From Pyrinomonadales bacterium (lineage in GTDB: Bacteria; Acidobacteriota; Blastocatellia; Pyrinomonadales; Pyrinomonadaceae), in the NCBI GenBank assembly GCA_038200355.1, contig JBBPXZ010000006.1:9954-73953 (forward strand): a DNA stretch of 64,000 nt. The letters run 5' to 3'. This document shows, piece after piece, positions 53,823-62,178 of this stretch. The number at the start of each line of letters is the position of its first letter. The stretch's first letter is position 1. The notes under the pieces are model-generated. The model had not been told where the DNA came from. It saw only the letters and a program-made list of their open reading frames with translations, and did not search any database. Both the position numbers and the translations under genes were made by a program.

Positions 53823-54887
53823 CTATTGGACGCCAGCCGAAATTTGCAGAGCGTTCGGACGCCGGAAATACGCCGCCATTTCAAGCCGCAGGCTAACCGT
53901 TTCGCCGCGCGTTTTGCCGCGCGGAGCTTTTGCAGTTCTCGTCGTTATAATTTGCGCGGACGGCGGCTGAACGCCGGTTTGATTCGGAATTCCGTTGACC
54001 GGCGAAATGCCGTTGACATCCGGGAAACCGGAATTGGGCGCGCCGTAATTCGACTGATTCTGAACCGGCGGAGTCGTTCCGGCGTTATTGACGGATGCCT
54101 GCGTCGCGCCGCCCGCCGGATTATTTTTGTCCTGATTTTCCGCCGGTGCAAGCTCGATGGCGCTGATAACGACGAACTGCCCGCCGGTTTCGATGTCTCT
54201 GATAAACCGCCGCAGATTCTGATACGAGCCTTCGACCGTCGTCGTTACGTAGACGCCGGGAAACAGACTTTGAAATTTTTCTCTGCCGCGGTCGGATTCG
54301 GTTTCCTGCCCGCGCCGGTCGGCGGAAACTTCGAGCGGCGCGTAATCCGGTCCGGTCGAATTGACCAAACCGTAAGCGGAAATCAAACCGTTGATGCGCT
54401 GGTAAAGAGCGGTTTTTCCGTTTGTCGGAGAAAGGAGAAATCTGTTTTCAAAATCGACAGCGCTCGTCGTCAATTGCGCGACGCGTTCTTCGGTCGTCGT
54501 GATGCTGCCGTATTTGTTCTGCGCCGACATAAATTCCGCGTCGAGCCGCGCGCGTTCGGCGCGGTTTCGTTCGAGTTCTTTCTGCGCGGGCAAAACTACC
54601 AAAACAACAAGAAGAACGACCGACAAAATCGCCAGCAGTCCGAGCGCGACGGTTGCGACTTCGGCTTTGCCCCACATTCCGGCATAAACCTTGCGCGGAC
54701 GGTTCTTCGGAACGATGTCGATTTTCGGTTCTTTTTCGATAATGATGGTTTCATTATCGGTCAGCAGAACGGTGCGCGTTTCTTCTTCGACGACGACGGT
54801 CGAATCTCTCGTTCCGTAATCGTTGACGAGAATTTCCGAATCGTTTTTAGATTTTTCGGCTTCGTTCGGGTCGAGATCTTCCGCCAT
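53823..54887 (-). CDS. pilO: type IV pilus assembly protein PilO-like, with long N- and C-terminal extensions
   Basis: A GGAGG RBS lies 9 nt before ATG 54887, directly after the pilN stop (TAAAATG). It has a TM helix, then a coiled coil plus ferredoxin-like PilO core (..YVTTTVEGSYQNLRRFIRDIETGGQFVVISAIEL). Confidence 0.72.
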   Translation of the reverse strand: MAEDLDPNEAEKSKNDSEILVNDYGTRDSTVVVEEETRTVLLTDNETIIIEKEPKIDIVPKNRPRKVYAGMWGKAEVATVALGLLAILSVVLLVVLVVLPAQKELERNRAERARLDAEFMSAQNKYGSITTTEERVAQLTTSAVDFENRFLLSPTNGKTALYQRINGLISAYGLVNSTGPDYAPLEVSADRRGQETESDRGREKFQSLFPGVYVTTTVEGSYQNLRRFIRDIETGGQFVVISAIELAPAENQDKNNPAGGATQASVNNAGTTPPVQNQSNYGAPNSGFPDVNGISPVNGIPNQTGVQPPSAQIITTRTAKAPRGKTRGETVSLRLEMAAYFRRPNALQISAGVQ

Positions 54888-54888
54888 T

Positions 54889-55512
54889 TTAACGATTTCC
54901 TCCTTCTTCTTCCTGCGTCTGCGCGACATCCGGCGCGGGCGCGTAACTGCCGGGCGCGTTATAGATTAGGCGCAGCGTGTATTCCGAATAAGTCATTCGT
55001 TCGGTCTGCTGGCGGTCTTGCCCGCGAAGCTCAGCCTGGAAAAGCCCGGAGCCGTTCATATTGTCAATCATCGACATCACGCCTTGATAATCGCGGCTCA
55101 AAACGCCGAATTCAAGCTCGGCTTTCGTCCGGTCGCCGTCCTTAAAAATGTTTTGAACGCTGATGCGCGAGACGCTGACGCCGCCCGGCAGAACCTGTTC
55201 CAAATCGGCGAAAAGACGCGACCAGCCGAAGGTTTTATTAGCGACGAGCTTATGCGCGGCGATTAAAAGCGCCGTTTGTTCGGGCGACAATTCCTGCTGG
55301 ACAAGCTCGCCTTTGCCTTTTAAGTTTTTAACTTCGAGCGTCATCTGCTCGATGTCGCTTTTGGCAAGCTCATTGTCGGCGGTAATCTGCCGCAGTCTGG
55401 CAAAAGCGAAAATCGCGCCGGCGACCGCGCACGTCAAAAGAAGGAGCGCCGCCAGATACGGCAGCGTTCGGTTGCGAAACGGCTGTGTGGCAAGATTGAG
55501 TTTAGTAATCAC
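54889..55512 (-). CDS. pilN: type IV pilus assembly protein PilN (fimbrial assembly family)
   Basis: It has the N-terminal motif ITKLNLATQPFRNR, a single TM helix, a coiled coil and a periplasmic ferredoxin-like domain. Confidence 0.75.
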   Translation of the reverse strand: MITKLNLATQPFRNRTLPYLAALLLLTCAVAGAIFAFARLRQITADNELAKSDIEQMTLEVKNLKGKGELVQQELSPEQTALLIAAHKLVANKTFGWSRLFADLEQVLPGGVSVSRISVQNIFKDGDRTKAELEFGVLSRDYQGVMSMIDNMNGSGLFQAELRGQDRQQTERMTYSEYTLRLIYNAPGSYAPAPDVAQTQEEEGGNR

Positions 55513-55725
55513 GAGTTAAATACGGTTTCGGAAGTTTGAGTTTCGGACTTTGAAATTGGTTGTTTCCGTTTATAATAATGTGTTTCAAAACTGCTGAAAG
55601 TTTATCACGCGAAACGCGCTCTGTCCCTGTGCCGGCGGGCGGCGTTCGTCAATTTTAATGCTGCCGCGCTCCGGCGCTTTATTCGTTCGTCTTTCACGTT
55701 AAACTTCGGGCAAAAGTTGCAAAAC

Positions 55726-56658
55726 TTACGGCGAGCGCGGCGGCAGCGGCTCGCCCGATTTTTCGGAACTCGCGTCCTTATAAGCGCACACGCGGTTTCT
55801 GCCTTCGCGTTTGGCGCGGTAAAGCGCCGAATCGGACATCTCGACCAGCTCAATCGGGTCGCTCGAATCGTCGGGGAAAACCGCGACGCCGATTGAGATA
55901 GTTACGCGGTGCGTCTGCTGCGGTTTGCTCTGTCGAACGATTGTAAATTCTTTCTTTTCGATTTCCGAGCGGATTCTCTCCGCCGCCACCAAGCCCTGCG
56001 CTAACTCGGCGTCGAGCAGAAACGCGGCAAATTCTTCGCCGCCGAATCGCGCCGCGACATCGCCGGTGCGCAGGATGTGCGTGATGCACAAACCGATTTC
56101 TTCTAAAGTTTTGCTGCCCGTCAAATGTCCGTAAGTGTCGTTGACGAGCTTGAAATAATCGACATCCATCATCAGGACGCAGAACGGGCGATTTTCCTGC
56201 GCGGCGCGGGCGGATTCGCGGCGCAGCTCCGAGAAAAAAGAACGGCTCGAAAGCAGTCCGGTCAAATCGTCGTGCGAAATCAGGCGGCGAATCTGGCGCT
56301 GGTATTCGCGGTCTATCTCGTCGAGCAGTTCAAACCGCAGAATATGTTCGCCGACGGTTATCTTATCGCCGTTCTGCAAAACTTCGCGCGTGATTTTCTG
56401 TCCGTTGAGAAGCGTTCCGTTTCTTGAAAACAAATCGCTTATAATATAATCCGTTTCATTTTTTTCGGCGTCGAAAACGGTAGTTATGCTGGCGTGCTGA
56501 CGCGAAACTTTCGTGTCGTTGATGCGAACGTCGGCTTCGAGCGCTCGTCCCAGAATAACTTCGGCGCGTTCGAGCGGAATCGGCACAGCCATTAAATCTC
56601 CGGTGAGAAAAACAACGGCGGGACGCAAATCACGCTTTGGTCGCTTCGATTCATTCAT
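55726..56658 (-). CDS. FHA-domain diguanylate cyclase (FHA-GGDEF)
   Basis: It has an FHA domain (ILGRALEADVRINDTKVSRQHASI..SRNGTLLNG) and a GGDEF domain with an intact GGEEF site (ARFGGEEFAAF). I placed the start at ATG 56658. Confidence 0.88.
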   Translation of the reverse strand: MNESKRPKRDLRPAVVFLTGDLMAVPIPLERAEVILGRALEADVRINDTKVSRQHASITTVFDAEKNETDYIISDLFSRNGTLLNGQKITREVLQNGDKITVGEHILRFELLDEIDREYQRQIRRLISHDDLTGLLSSRSFFSELRRESARAAQENRPFCVLMMDVDYFKLVNDTYGHLTGSKTLEEIGLCITHILRTGDVAARFGGEEFAAFLLDAELAQGLVAAERIRSEIEKKEFTIVRQSKPQQTHRVTISIGVAVFPDDSSDPIELVEMSDSALYRAKREGRNRVCAYKDASSEKSGEPLPPRSP

Positions 56659-56840
56659 AAAAATAAAAATTTTCCGGGCTTCGGGAAATGCCGTAATTGA
56701 CAGGATAAAGCATTTTAACCGAAATTGCATCGAGGTTTTAACCGTCGCGGCGCATCATAATCCAAAAAGCCGACGGCGGACGATTCCCGCAAAAGACGTT
56801 TCGCTTTCTCCGGCTCGACAAATTATATTTATCAGGGTAA

Positions 56841-57890
56841 ATGAAAATTCTCATCGTAAAACTCAGCAGCATCGGCGACATCGTTCACACGCTTCCGGCT
56901 CTGGCGGCGATAAAACGAGCTTTGCCGGACGCGGAAATTTCCTGGGCGGTCGAGCGCGGCGCGGCGGAGATTCTGCGCGGCAATTCGCTGCTTCACAAAC
57001 TCATCGAAGTCGATACGAAGGCGCTCAGACGAAGAAACCCAATCGGCGAAACGCTTCTTTCGGCGCGGCGGCAGCTGAGCGAGCTGCGCGCTTCGGTTTT
57101 CGATGTCGCACTCGATTTTCAGGGACTTTTAAAATCGGCTTCGATTGCCAGGCTCGCTCGCGCGAAACGGCTTTTCGGTTTCTCCAAAACAAACCTGCGC
57201 GAACCGGCAAGCCGTTTTCTGCTGACCGATTCGTTTGAAACCGGGCGGCAAATTCATATTATCGACAAAAATCTGACGCTTGCCGAAAAAGCTCTCGGCA
57301 TCGAGGTTTCCCGCGGCGCGCCGGAATTCCCGATTTTTACCGGCGCGGAACACAAACTTGAAGCCGAAAAAATCATCGAGCAGGCGGGCGAAAATTTTGC
57401 GATTCTCAATCCGGCGGGCGGCTGGGCGACAAAGCTCTGGCACGCTCCGAAATTCGGCGCGCTTGCCGACAGGCTTTGGGAAGAATCGGGGTTGATTTCC
57501 GTCGTTACGACCGCGCCGAATGAAACGGATTTAGCGCGAAAGGTTCTGCAAAACTCGAAATCGAACCGCGTATTTGCGGCGCAGCCGAGCTTGAAAGGCT
57601 TTTACGAGCTGGCGAAACGGGCGAAAATTTACGTCGGCGGCGACACCGCGCCGACTCATTTAGCGGCGGCGGCGAAAGCGCCGATTGTCGGAATTTTCGG
57701 CGCGACCGAATGGTGGCGCAACGGAAGTCCGAACCGGAACGACATCTGCGTCGAGCGCTTAGACATCGATTGCCGCGCCGACTGCCATCGCCGCGCCTGC
57801 AACAACTGGATTTGTATGGACATCGAAGTCGAAACGGTTTTCCGCGCCGTAGAAAAAAGATTGGATTTAACCGCAGAAAACGCGGATTAA
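56841..57890 (+). CDS. glycosyltransferase family 9 (LPS heptosyltransferase-like)
   Basis: It has the N-terminus MKILIVKLSSIGDIVHTLPAL and the C-terminal GGDTAPTHLAAA block. Confidence 0.88.
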   Translation: MKILIVKLSSIGDIVHTLPALAAIKRALPDAEISWAVERGAAEILRGNSLLHKLIEVDTKALRRRNPIGETLLSARRQLSELRASVFDVALDFQGLLKSASIARLARAKRLFGFSKTNLREPASRFLLTDSFETGRQIHIIDKNLTLAEKALGIEVSRGAPEFPIFTGAEHKLEAEKIIEQAGENFAILNPAGGWATKLWHAPKFGALADRLWEESGLISVVTTAPNETDLARKVLQNSKSNRVFAAQPSLKGFYELAKRAKIYVGGDTAPTHLAAAAKAPIVGIFGATEWWRNGSPNRNDICVERLDIDCRADCHRRACNNWICMDIEVETVFRAVEKRLDLTAENAD

Positions 57891-57971
57891 CACAGATAAT
57901 TTCTTAAAATTTCAGGATTTTCAATATTATCTTTCTCTGTTTAATTTGTTTTTGATGTAGAATTTTCTCCG

Positions 57972-58520
57972 ATGAGTTTGAAAAACAAAAGACTTTTACA
58001 GCGAATGCGCGTGCCGCTCGGATTTCTTTTCGGCATCGTGTTTTTGATTTTCGCCCGTCCCGAATTCGTAACTTTAACGGTCGGCGGCGCAATCGGCGCA
58101 GTCGGCATTTTAATCAGGGCTTGGGCTTCCGGGCATATTCGCAAAAATCAAAATCTGGCGGTCTCCGGTCCTTACGCTTACACGCGCAATCCGCTCTACT
58201 TGGGCAGCTTCATTTTGGGTCTGGGTTTTACGATTGCTTCCGGCGTCTGGTGGCTCGGCTTGATTTTCGCCGTTTTATTTCTGGGCATATATCTGCCGGT
58301 GATGCGCGTCGAAGCCGGAGATTTAATTGACATTTTCGGCGAAGATTATAAAGAATACGCACGGCGCGTTCCGCTCTTTTTTCCGCGCCTGACGCGTTAT
58401 AAAACGTCCGACGTTAAATTCGATATGGATTTATATTTGCGTTACCGTGAATATCGCGCCGCGCTCGGTTTGGTTTTCGCGCTCTCGATTCTGGCGCTCA
58501 AGGCGTTTTTCAAAATATAA
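57972..58520 (+). CDS. isoprenylcysteine carboxyl / phospholipid methyltransferase family membrane protein
   Basis: 182 aa with 4-5 TM helices, plus the GPYAYTRNPLYLG and E..L...FG..Y..Y motifs. Confidence 0.8.
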   Translation: MSLKNKRLLQRMRVPLGFLFGIVFLIFARPEFVTLTVGGAIGAVGILIRAWASGHIRKNQNLAVSGPYAYTRNPLYLGSFILGLGFTIASGVWWLGLIFAVLFLGIYLPVMRVEAGDLIDIFGEDYKEYARRVPLFFPRLTRYKTSDVKFDMDLYLRYREYRAALGLVFALSILALKAFFKI

Positions 58521-58524
58521 AATT

Positions 58525-59313
58525 ATGAAGACGAAAAAATCTTTCCTTGCGGTTTTACTGCTTTGCGGCTTGTTCTGCTTTTCGGCGGCGGCGCAGATTC
58601 AGCCGAAAATCGAATCTTACAAAACGGGCGAAAGTCTCGTCTATGAAGCAAAATTCAACCGCGCCGTGCTGCGCGGAATCGAAATCGCCGCTGTAAGTTT
58701 CGCGGTCGAAAAATCGCCGGATAACCGGAACTTTCTCGTCAAAACCAAAGCCGAATCAAAAGGCACGTTAAGCGGACTCGTTCTGCCGGATTTTCTGCAA
58801 AGCTACGAATCGACCGTTGACGGCAAAAATTTTTCGATTCTCAGAACCGTCAAATACGACCGGCAAGGCGAGCGCGTGCGCCGGAGTCGCGCAGATTTCG
58901 ATTATAAAGCCGGAAAAGTCGTTTATACGGAAACAGACCCGAACAACGCCGCCCGCCCGCCGCTTCTGGCTGCCTCCGGGATTGAACCCGGAATGCAGGA
59001 TTTAGTCTCAGCCATATACGCGCTCAGGCGTCTGCCGCTTGCCGTCGGAAAAAGCTTCGAGATAAAAGTCAGCGATTCCGGTTTGGTTTATACGATTCCC
59101 GTGCGTGTAACCGCGCGACAGCGGCAAAGAAGCGCCTTCGGAAAAGTTTGGTGTTTTCAGGTCGAGCCGGAAATTTTCGGGAAAAATCGTCTGATTGAAA
59201 AAGACGGAACGATGATTATCTGGATAACCGACGACGCCCGCCGCCTGCCGGTTCGCTCGCAAATCAACAGCAATATCGGGCGAATCGAGGTTAAGCTCAA
59301 ACGTAATAAGTGA
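58525..59313 (+). CDS. DUF3108 domain protein (exported)
   Basis: It has a signal peptide (MKTKKSFLAVLLLCGLFCFSAAAQ) and a DUF3108-like beta-barrel pattern. I placed the start at ATG 58525, 2 nt after the previous stop. Confidence 0.78.
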   Translation: MKTKKSFLAVLLLCGLFCFSAAAQIQPKIESYKTGESLVYEAKFNRAVLRGIEIAAVSFAVEKSPDNRNFLVKTKAESKGTLSGLVLPDFLQSYESTVDGKNFSILRTVKYDRQGERVRRSRADFDYKAGKVVYTETDPNNAARPPLLAASGIEPGMQDLVSAIYALRRLPLAVGKSFEIKVSDSGLVYTIPVRVTARQRQRSAFGKVWCFQVEPEIFGKNRLIEKDGTMIIWITDDARRLPVRSQINSNIGRIEVKLKRNK

Positions 59314-59388
59314 TAGATGATAACTGATAACTGATAAGTAAAGAATTTGCTTTTACTTATCACCTATCACCTATCACCTATCACCTAC
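59308..59388. repeat. 7-nt-periodic word hairpin (GATAACT / ACCTATC words)
   Basis: The left arm is GTGATAGATGATAACTGATAACTGATAAGTAAAG. The right arm is CTTTTACTTATCACCTATCACCTATCACCTATCACCTAC. The DUF3108 stop codon lies inside the left arm. Confidence 0.8.
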
Positions 59389-59494
59389 TCTCCCCGTTCA
59401 GTTTGACCGATTGATTCATTCAATCTGACGAAACCCGTACTTCCTCAATCTCTCAAAATTTCCATAAGTTCAATTGTTTCATAGTTTAGCTGTC

Positions 59495-59511
59495 TGGCAT
59501 AACAAGTGCCA
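59495..59511 (+). promoter_or_regulatory. sigma54-like -24/-12 element, also a TGGCA-N7-TGCCA palindrome
   Basis: TGGCATAACAAGTGCCA has GG and GC at canonical sigma54 spacing, with -12 GTGC instead of TTGC. It lies ~70 nt upstream of the S8 ATG. Confidence 0.35.
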
Positions 59512-59580
59512 ATACGGTTGCGGCAGAGCAGCGCGAATATCTGCCAATCTTATAAAACAATTTCTCTTTTGGAGAGCAGA

Positions 59581-62142
59581 ATGAATTTCAACAAAAAAAT
59601 TAACCGTCTGGTAAAAACAACCTCTTTTGTATTGCTTTTTTCGCTTGTTTTTACAAACGTGTTTGTTTATCGCGTCTTTGCCGAAACGAAAACAGCGTCT
59701 TTGGTAAAACTTACCACATTAAACAAATTTGCGACGGATTTGACCGAACTGGCGCGCGGCGGCGGCATCAGGCAGACCGCGAATTTCGACCGCGAAGTCG
59801 GCAGCCTCGTTAAACATCTTTCCGGCGGCGGCATCGCGCAGCCGGTTGTTTTAGATGAAACGGGCGAAAATCAGCAGCTGGTTGTCGAACAGCTCGCGCT
59901 TCGCCTCGCGTCGGGCGACGTTCCGGCTTCGTTAAAAGGAAAGCGCCTGCTCGAACTCGAACTCGATTCGGTCTATTCGCAGGACGCCGAACAATCGGCG
60001 CGAACGATTGAAAAAATCTTCGACGAGCTTGCCGCCTCGCGCGGCGACGTGATTTTATTTGTCGATGAGCTGACGAACTTCGTCGGCGGCGCGCGCGTTA
60101 ATAATCCTTTGACCAATCTGCTTCTTCAGGGGAAACTGCAAATCATCGGCGGCAGCTCGCAAGCCGCTTATAAAGAAAAAATCGAAGACAACGACAATAT
60201 TTCCGCTTTGTTCCGCACGATTCTAATCGGCGACGGCGCGAATAACCCGGTTGAAAACAATCGCCGCGCCGCTTTAAATAAAGGTTTTCAGGGCGATAAC
60301 GTTTCCGCCGATTTGCGCGAAATGATGGCGCGGAACGCGGCGGGCGACAAACGCACCGACGTTATCGTTCAGGCGAAAGATGCAAGCAATCCGGCGTTTC
60401 GTTCGCTGCTGGCGGAAAACGAAGCTCGGTTGAGCGAACGAATCGGCGCGAGCGACACGATGGTTGTCAACCTTTCGTTAAAAGCCGTCGAAGTTCTAGC
60501 CAAGAGCGGCGCGGTTAATTTTATGTCGCCCGACCGCGAAACGAAAGGTTTCGGGCATCTCGAAAAAACGACCGGCACGGAAATTATGCGCCAGCAGCCG
60601 GCGACACTGACGCGTCCGGCTTATAATCTGGACGGTTCGGGCGTCGGCATCGCCGTTATGGATTCGGGAATGCTGGTCAATCATAAAACCTTTAACAACA
60701 GCGCCGGCAGAAGCCGCGTCGTTTTCAGCAAAAGTTTTGTCGATACCGATTCAGACCCGGACGACGATTACGGACACGGAACGCACGTCGCCGGTATCGC
60801 CGCCGGAAGCCTCAATAAAAACAGCAACGCTTATCGCGGAATCGCGCCGAACGCCAACATCGTCAACTTAAAGGTTTTAGACAAAGAAGGGCGCGGCAAA
60901 GCGTCGTGGCTGTTGAACGGCTTGGAATGGATTAAGCAAAATCATAAAACCCACAACATCCGCGTCGTCAATTTAAGTCTCGGCGGACCGTCAGTCGATA
61001 CATACACCAACGACCCGGTTTGCCGCAAAGTGCAGGAATTGACCGCGCTCGGAATTCTCGTGGTCGCCGCCGCCGGAAACGAAGGCAAAGACGCCGGCGG
61101 TCAGAAACTTTACGGAAAAATTCACTCGCCCGGCAACGACCCGTCGGTTTTAACCGTCGGCGCGACCAACTCGAAAGACACCGATTCGCGCAGCGACGAT
61201 TTGATGGCGACCTTCAGCTCGCGCGGTCCGACGCGCTCGTTTTACACCGACGATAAAGGCAGAAAAATTTACGACCACGCCATCAAACCGGATTTAGTCG
61301 CGCCGGGCAACAAAATCGTTTCGGCGAAAGCGAAGGGAAGCGCTTATATGGTTACGCATTACCCGAATCTGTCGGACGCGTCGCTCGACTCGACCAGCGA
61401 CGACAGCCTGCTTTATATGAGCGGAACTTCGATGTCCACGCCGGTTGTGGCGGGCGCGGCGGCTCTGCTTTTCCAGCAAAATCCGAATCTGACGCCCGCG
61501 ATGGTCAAAATGATTTTTGAATACACGGCGCAGCCCCTGAGCGGCTACAATATGTTCGAGCAGGGCGCGGGACAGCTTAATATGGAAGGCGCGATTCGGC
61601 TGGCGAAATCCTATAATCCGCTTGTCGATTTCAGAACGCTCGGAGTTTCGGGAATGTCGCTTCTCGCCGTCGGAAACAGCTTTCCGGCTGCTCAAACCAC
61701 TATGAACGGCAATACATTCAGCTGGGCGCAGGGAATTTTGACAAATCACGCGTATCTGAGAGGTCAAACGATTGCCGACACTTTCCACAACGTTTATAAA
61801 AATAATTCGTGGTTTGAAGAAGGCGTTACGACCAGCAACGCGCACAAATTCACGCTGAACGATAATTTTGCAAATCCGGCAAATATCGGTCTGACAGCCA
61901 GAGTCGCCGTCAGCAACGGCTCGACAATCGGCGAAGGCTCGGTTTTCTGCGCCTTCGGAGTTTTAATAAGCGACGGAGTTTTAGTGAGCGACGGCGTTTT
62001 AATAAGTGACGGTGTTCTGGTGAGCGACGGAGTTTTAGTAAGCGACGGCGTTCTGATTAGCGACGGCGTTCTGATTAGCGACGGCGTTCTGATTAGCGAC
62101 AGCGCGCTGGCTGCCGACAACGCGATTTACGGTGATGAGTAA
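59581..62142 (+). CDS. secreted S8 subtilase with N-terminal degenerate Clp D1 AAA+-like module, I9 propeptide and C-terminal GVLxSD repeat tail
   Basis: A GGAGAG RBS precedes the ATG, followed by a signal peptide ..YRVFA|E. Residues 47-219 are colinear with ClpB D1 but the P-loop is lost. The S8 triad contexts are AVMDSG, HGTHVAG and GTSMSTP. Confidence 0.85.
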   Translation: MNFNKKINRLVKTTSFVLLFSLVFTNVFVYRVFAETKTASLVKLTTLNKFATDLTELARGGGIRQTANFDREVGSLVKHLSGGGIAQPVVLDETGENQQLVVEQLALRLASGDVPASLKGKRLLELELDSVYSQDAEQSARTIEKIFDELAASRGDVILFVDELTNFVGGARVNNPLTNLLLQGKLQIIGGSSQAAYKEKIEDNDNISALFRTILIGDGANNPVENNRRAALNKGFQGDNVSADLREMMARNAAGDKRTDVIVQAKDASNPAFRSLLAENEARLSERIGASDTMVVNLSLKAVEVLAKSGAVNFMSPDRETKGFGHLEKTTGTEIMRQQPATLTRPAYNLDGSGVGIAVMDSGMLVNHKTFNNSAGRSRVVFSKSFVDTDSDPDDDYGHGTHVAGIAAGSLNKNSNAYRGIAPNANIVNLKVLDKEGRGKASWLLNGLEWIKQNHKTHNIRVVNLSLGGPSVDTYTNDPVCRKVQELTALGILVVAAAGNEGKDAGGQKLYGKIHSPGNDPSVLTVGATNSKDTDSRSDDLMATFSSRGPTRSFYTDDKGRKIYDHAIKPDLVAPGNKIVSAKAKGSAYMVTHYPNLSDASLDSTSDDSLLYMSGTSMSTPVVAGAAALLFQQNPNLTPAMVKMIFEYTAQPLSGYNMFEQGAGQLNMEGAIRLAKSYNPLVDFRTLGVSGMSLLAVGNSFPAAQTTMNGNTFSWAQGILTNHAYLRGQTIADTFHNVYKNNSWFEEGVTTSNAHKFTLNDNFANPANIGLTARVAVSNGSTIGEGSVFCAFGVLISDGVLVSDGVLISDGVLVSDGVLVSDGVLISDGVLISDGVLISDSALAADNAIYGDE
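61957..62118 (+). repeat. in-frame 18-nt tandem repeat x8 (+1 degenerate) encoding GVL(I/V)SD
   Basis: The units are GGAGTTTTAATAAGCGAC and variants. The last three units (62047-62100) are nucleotide-identical GGCGTTCTGATTAGCGAC. Confidence 0.95.
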
Positions 62143-62178
62143 GACTGAAAAATATCAATATCAGGGAGGAAAATTATT

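Noticed and set aside
53715-55145. A 476-aa ORF on the plus strand, antisense to pilO/pilN.
   Set aside because: The product is Arg-rich and low-complexity with no motifs. It lies entirely opposite two well-supported genes that have RBS and coupling signals, so it is a typical shadow ORF of GC3-rich coding sequence.
61794-62120. An antisense ORF encoding SLIRTPSLIRTPSLTKTP... repeats.
   Set aside because: It is simply the reverse-strand reading of the 18-nt GVLxSD repeat. The sense frame is continuous with a complete S8 protease.
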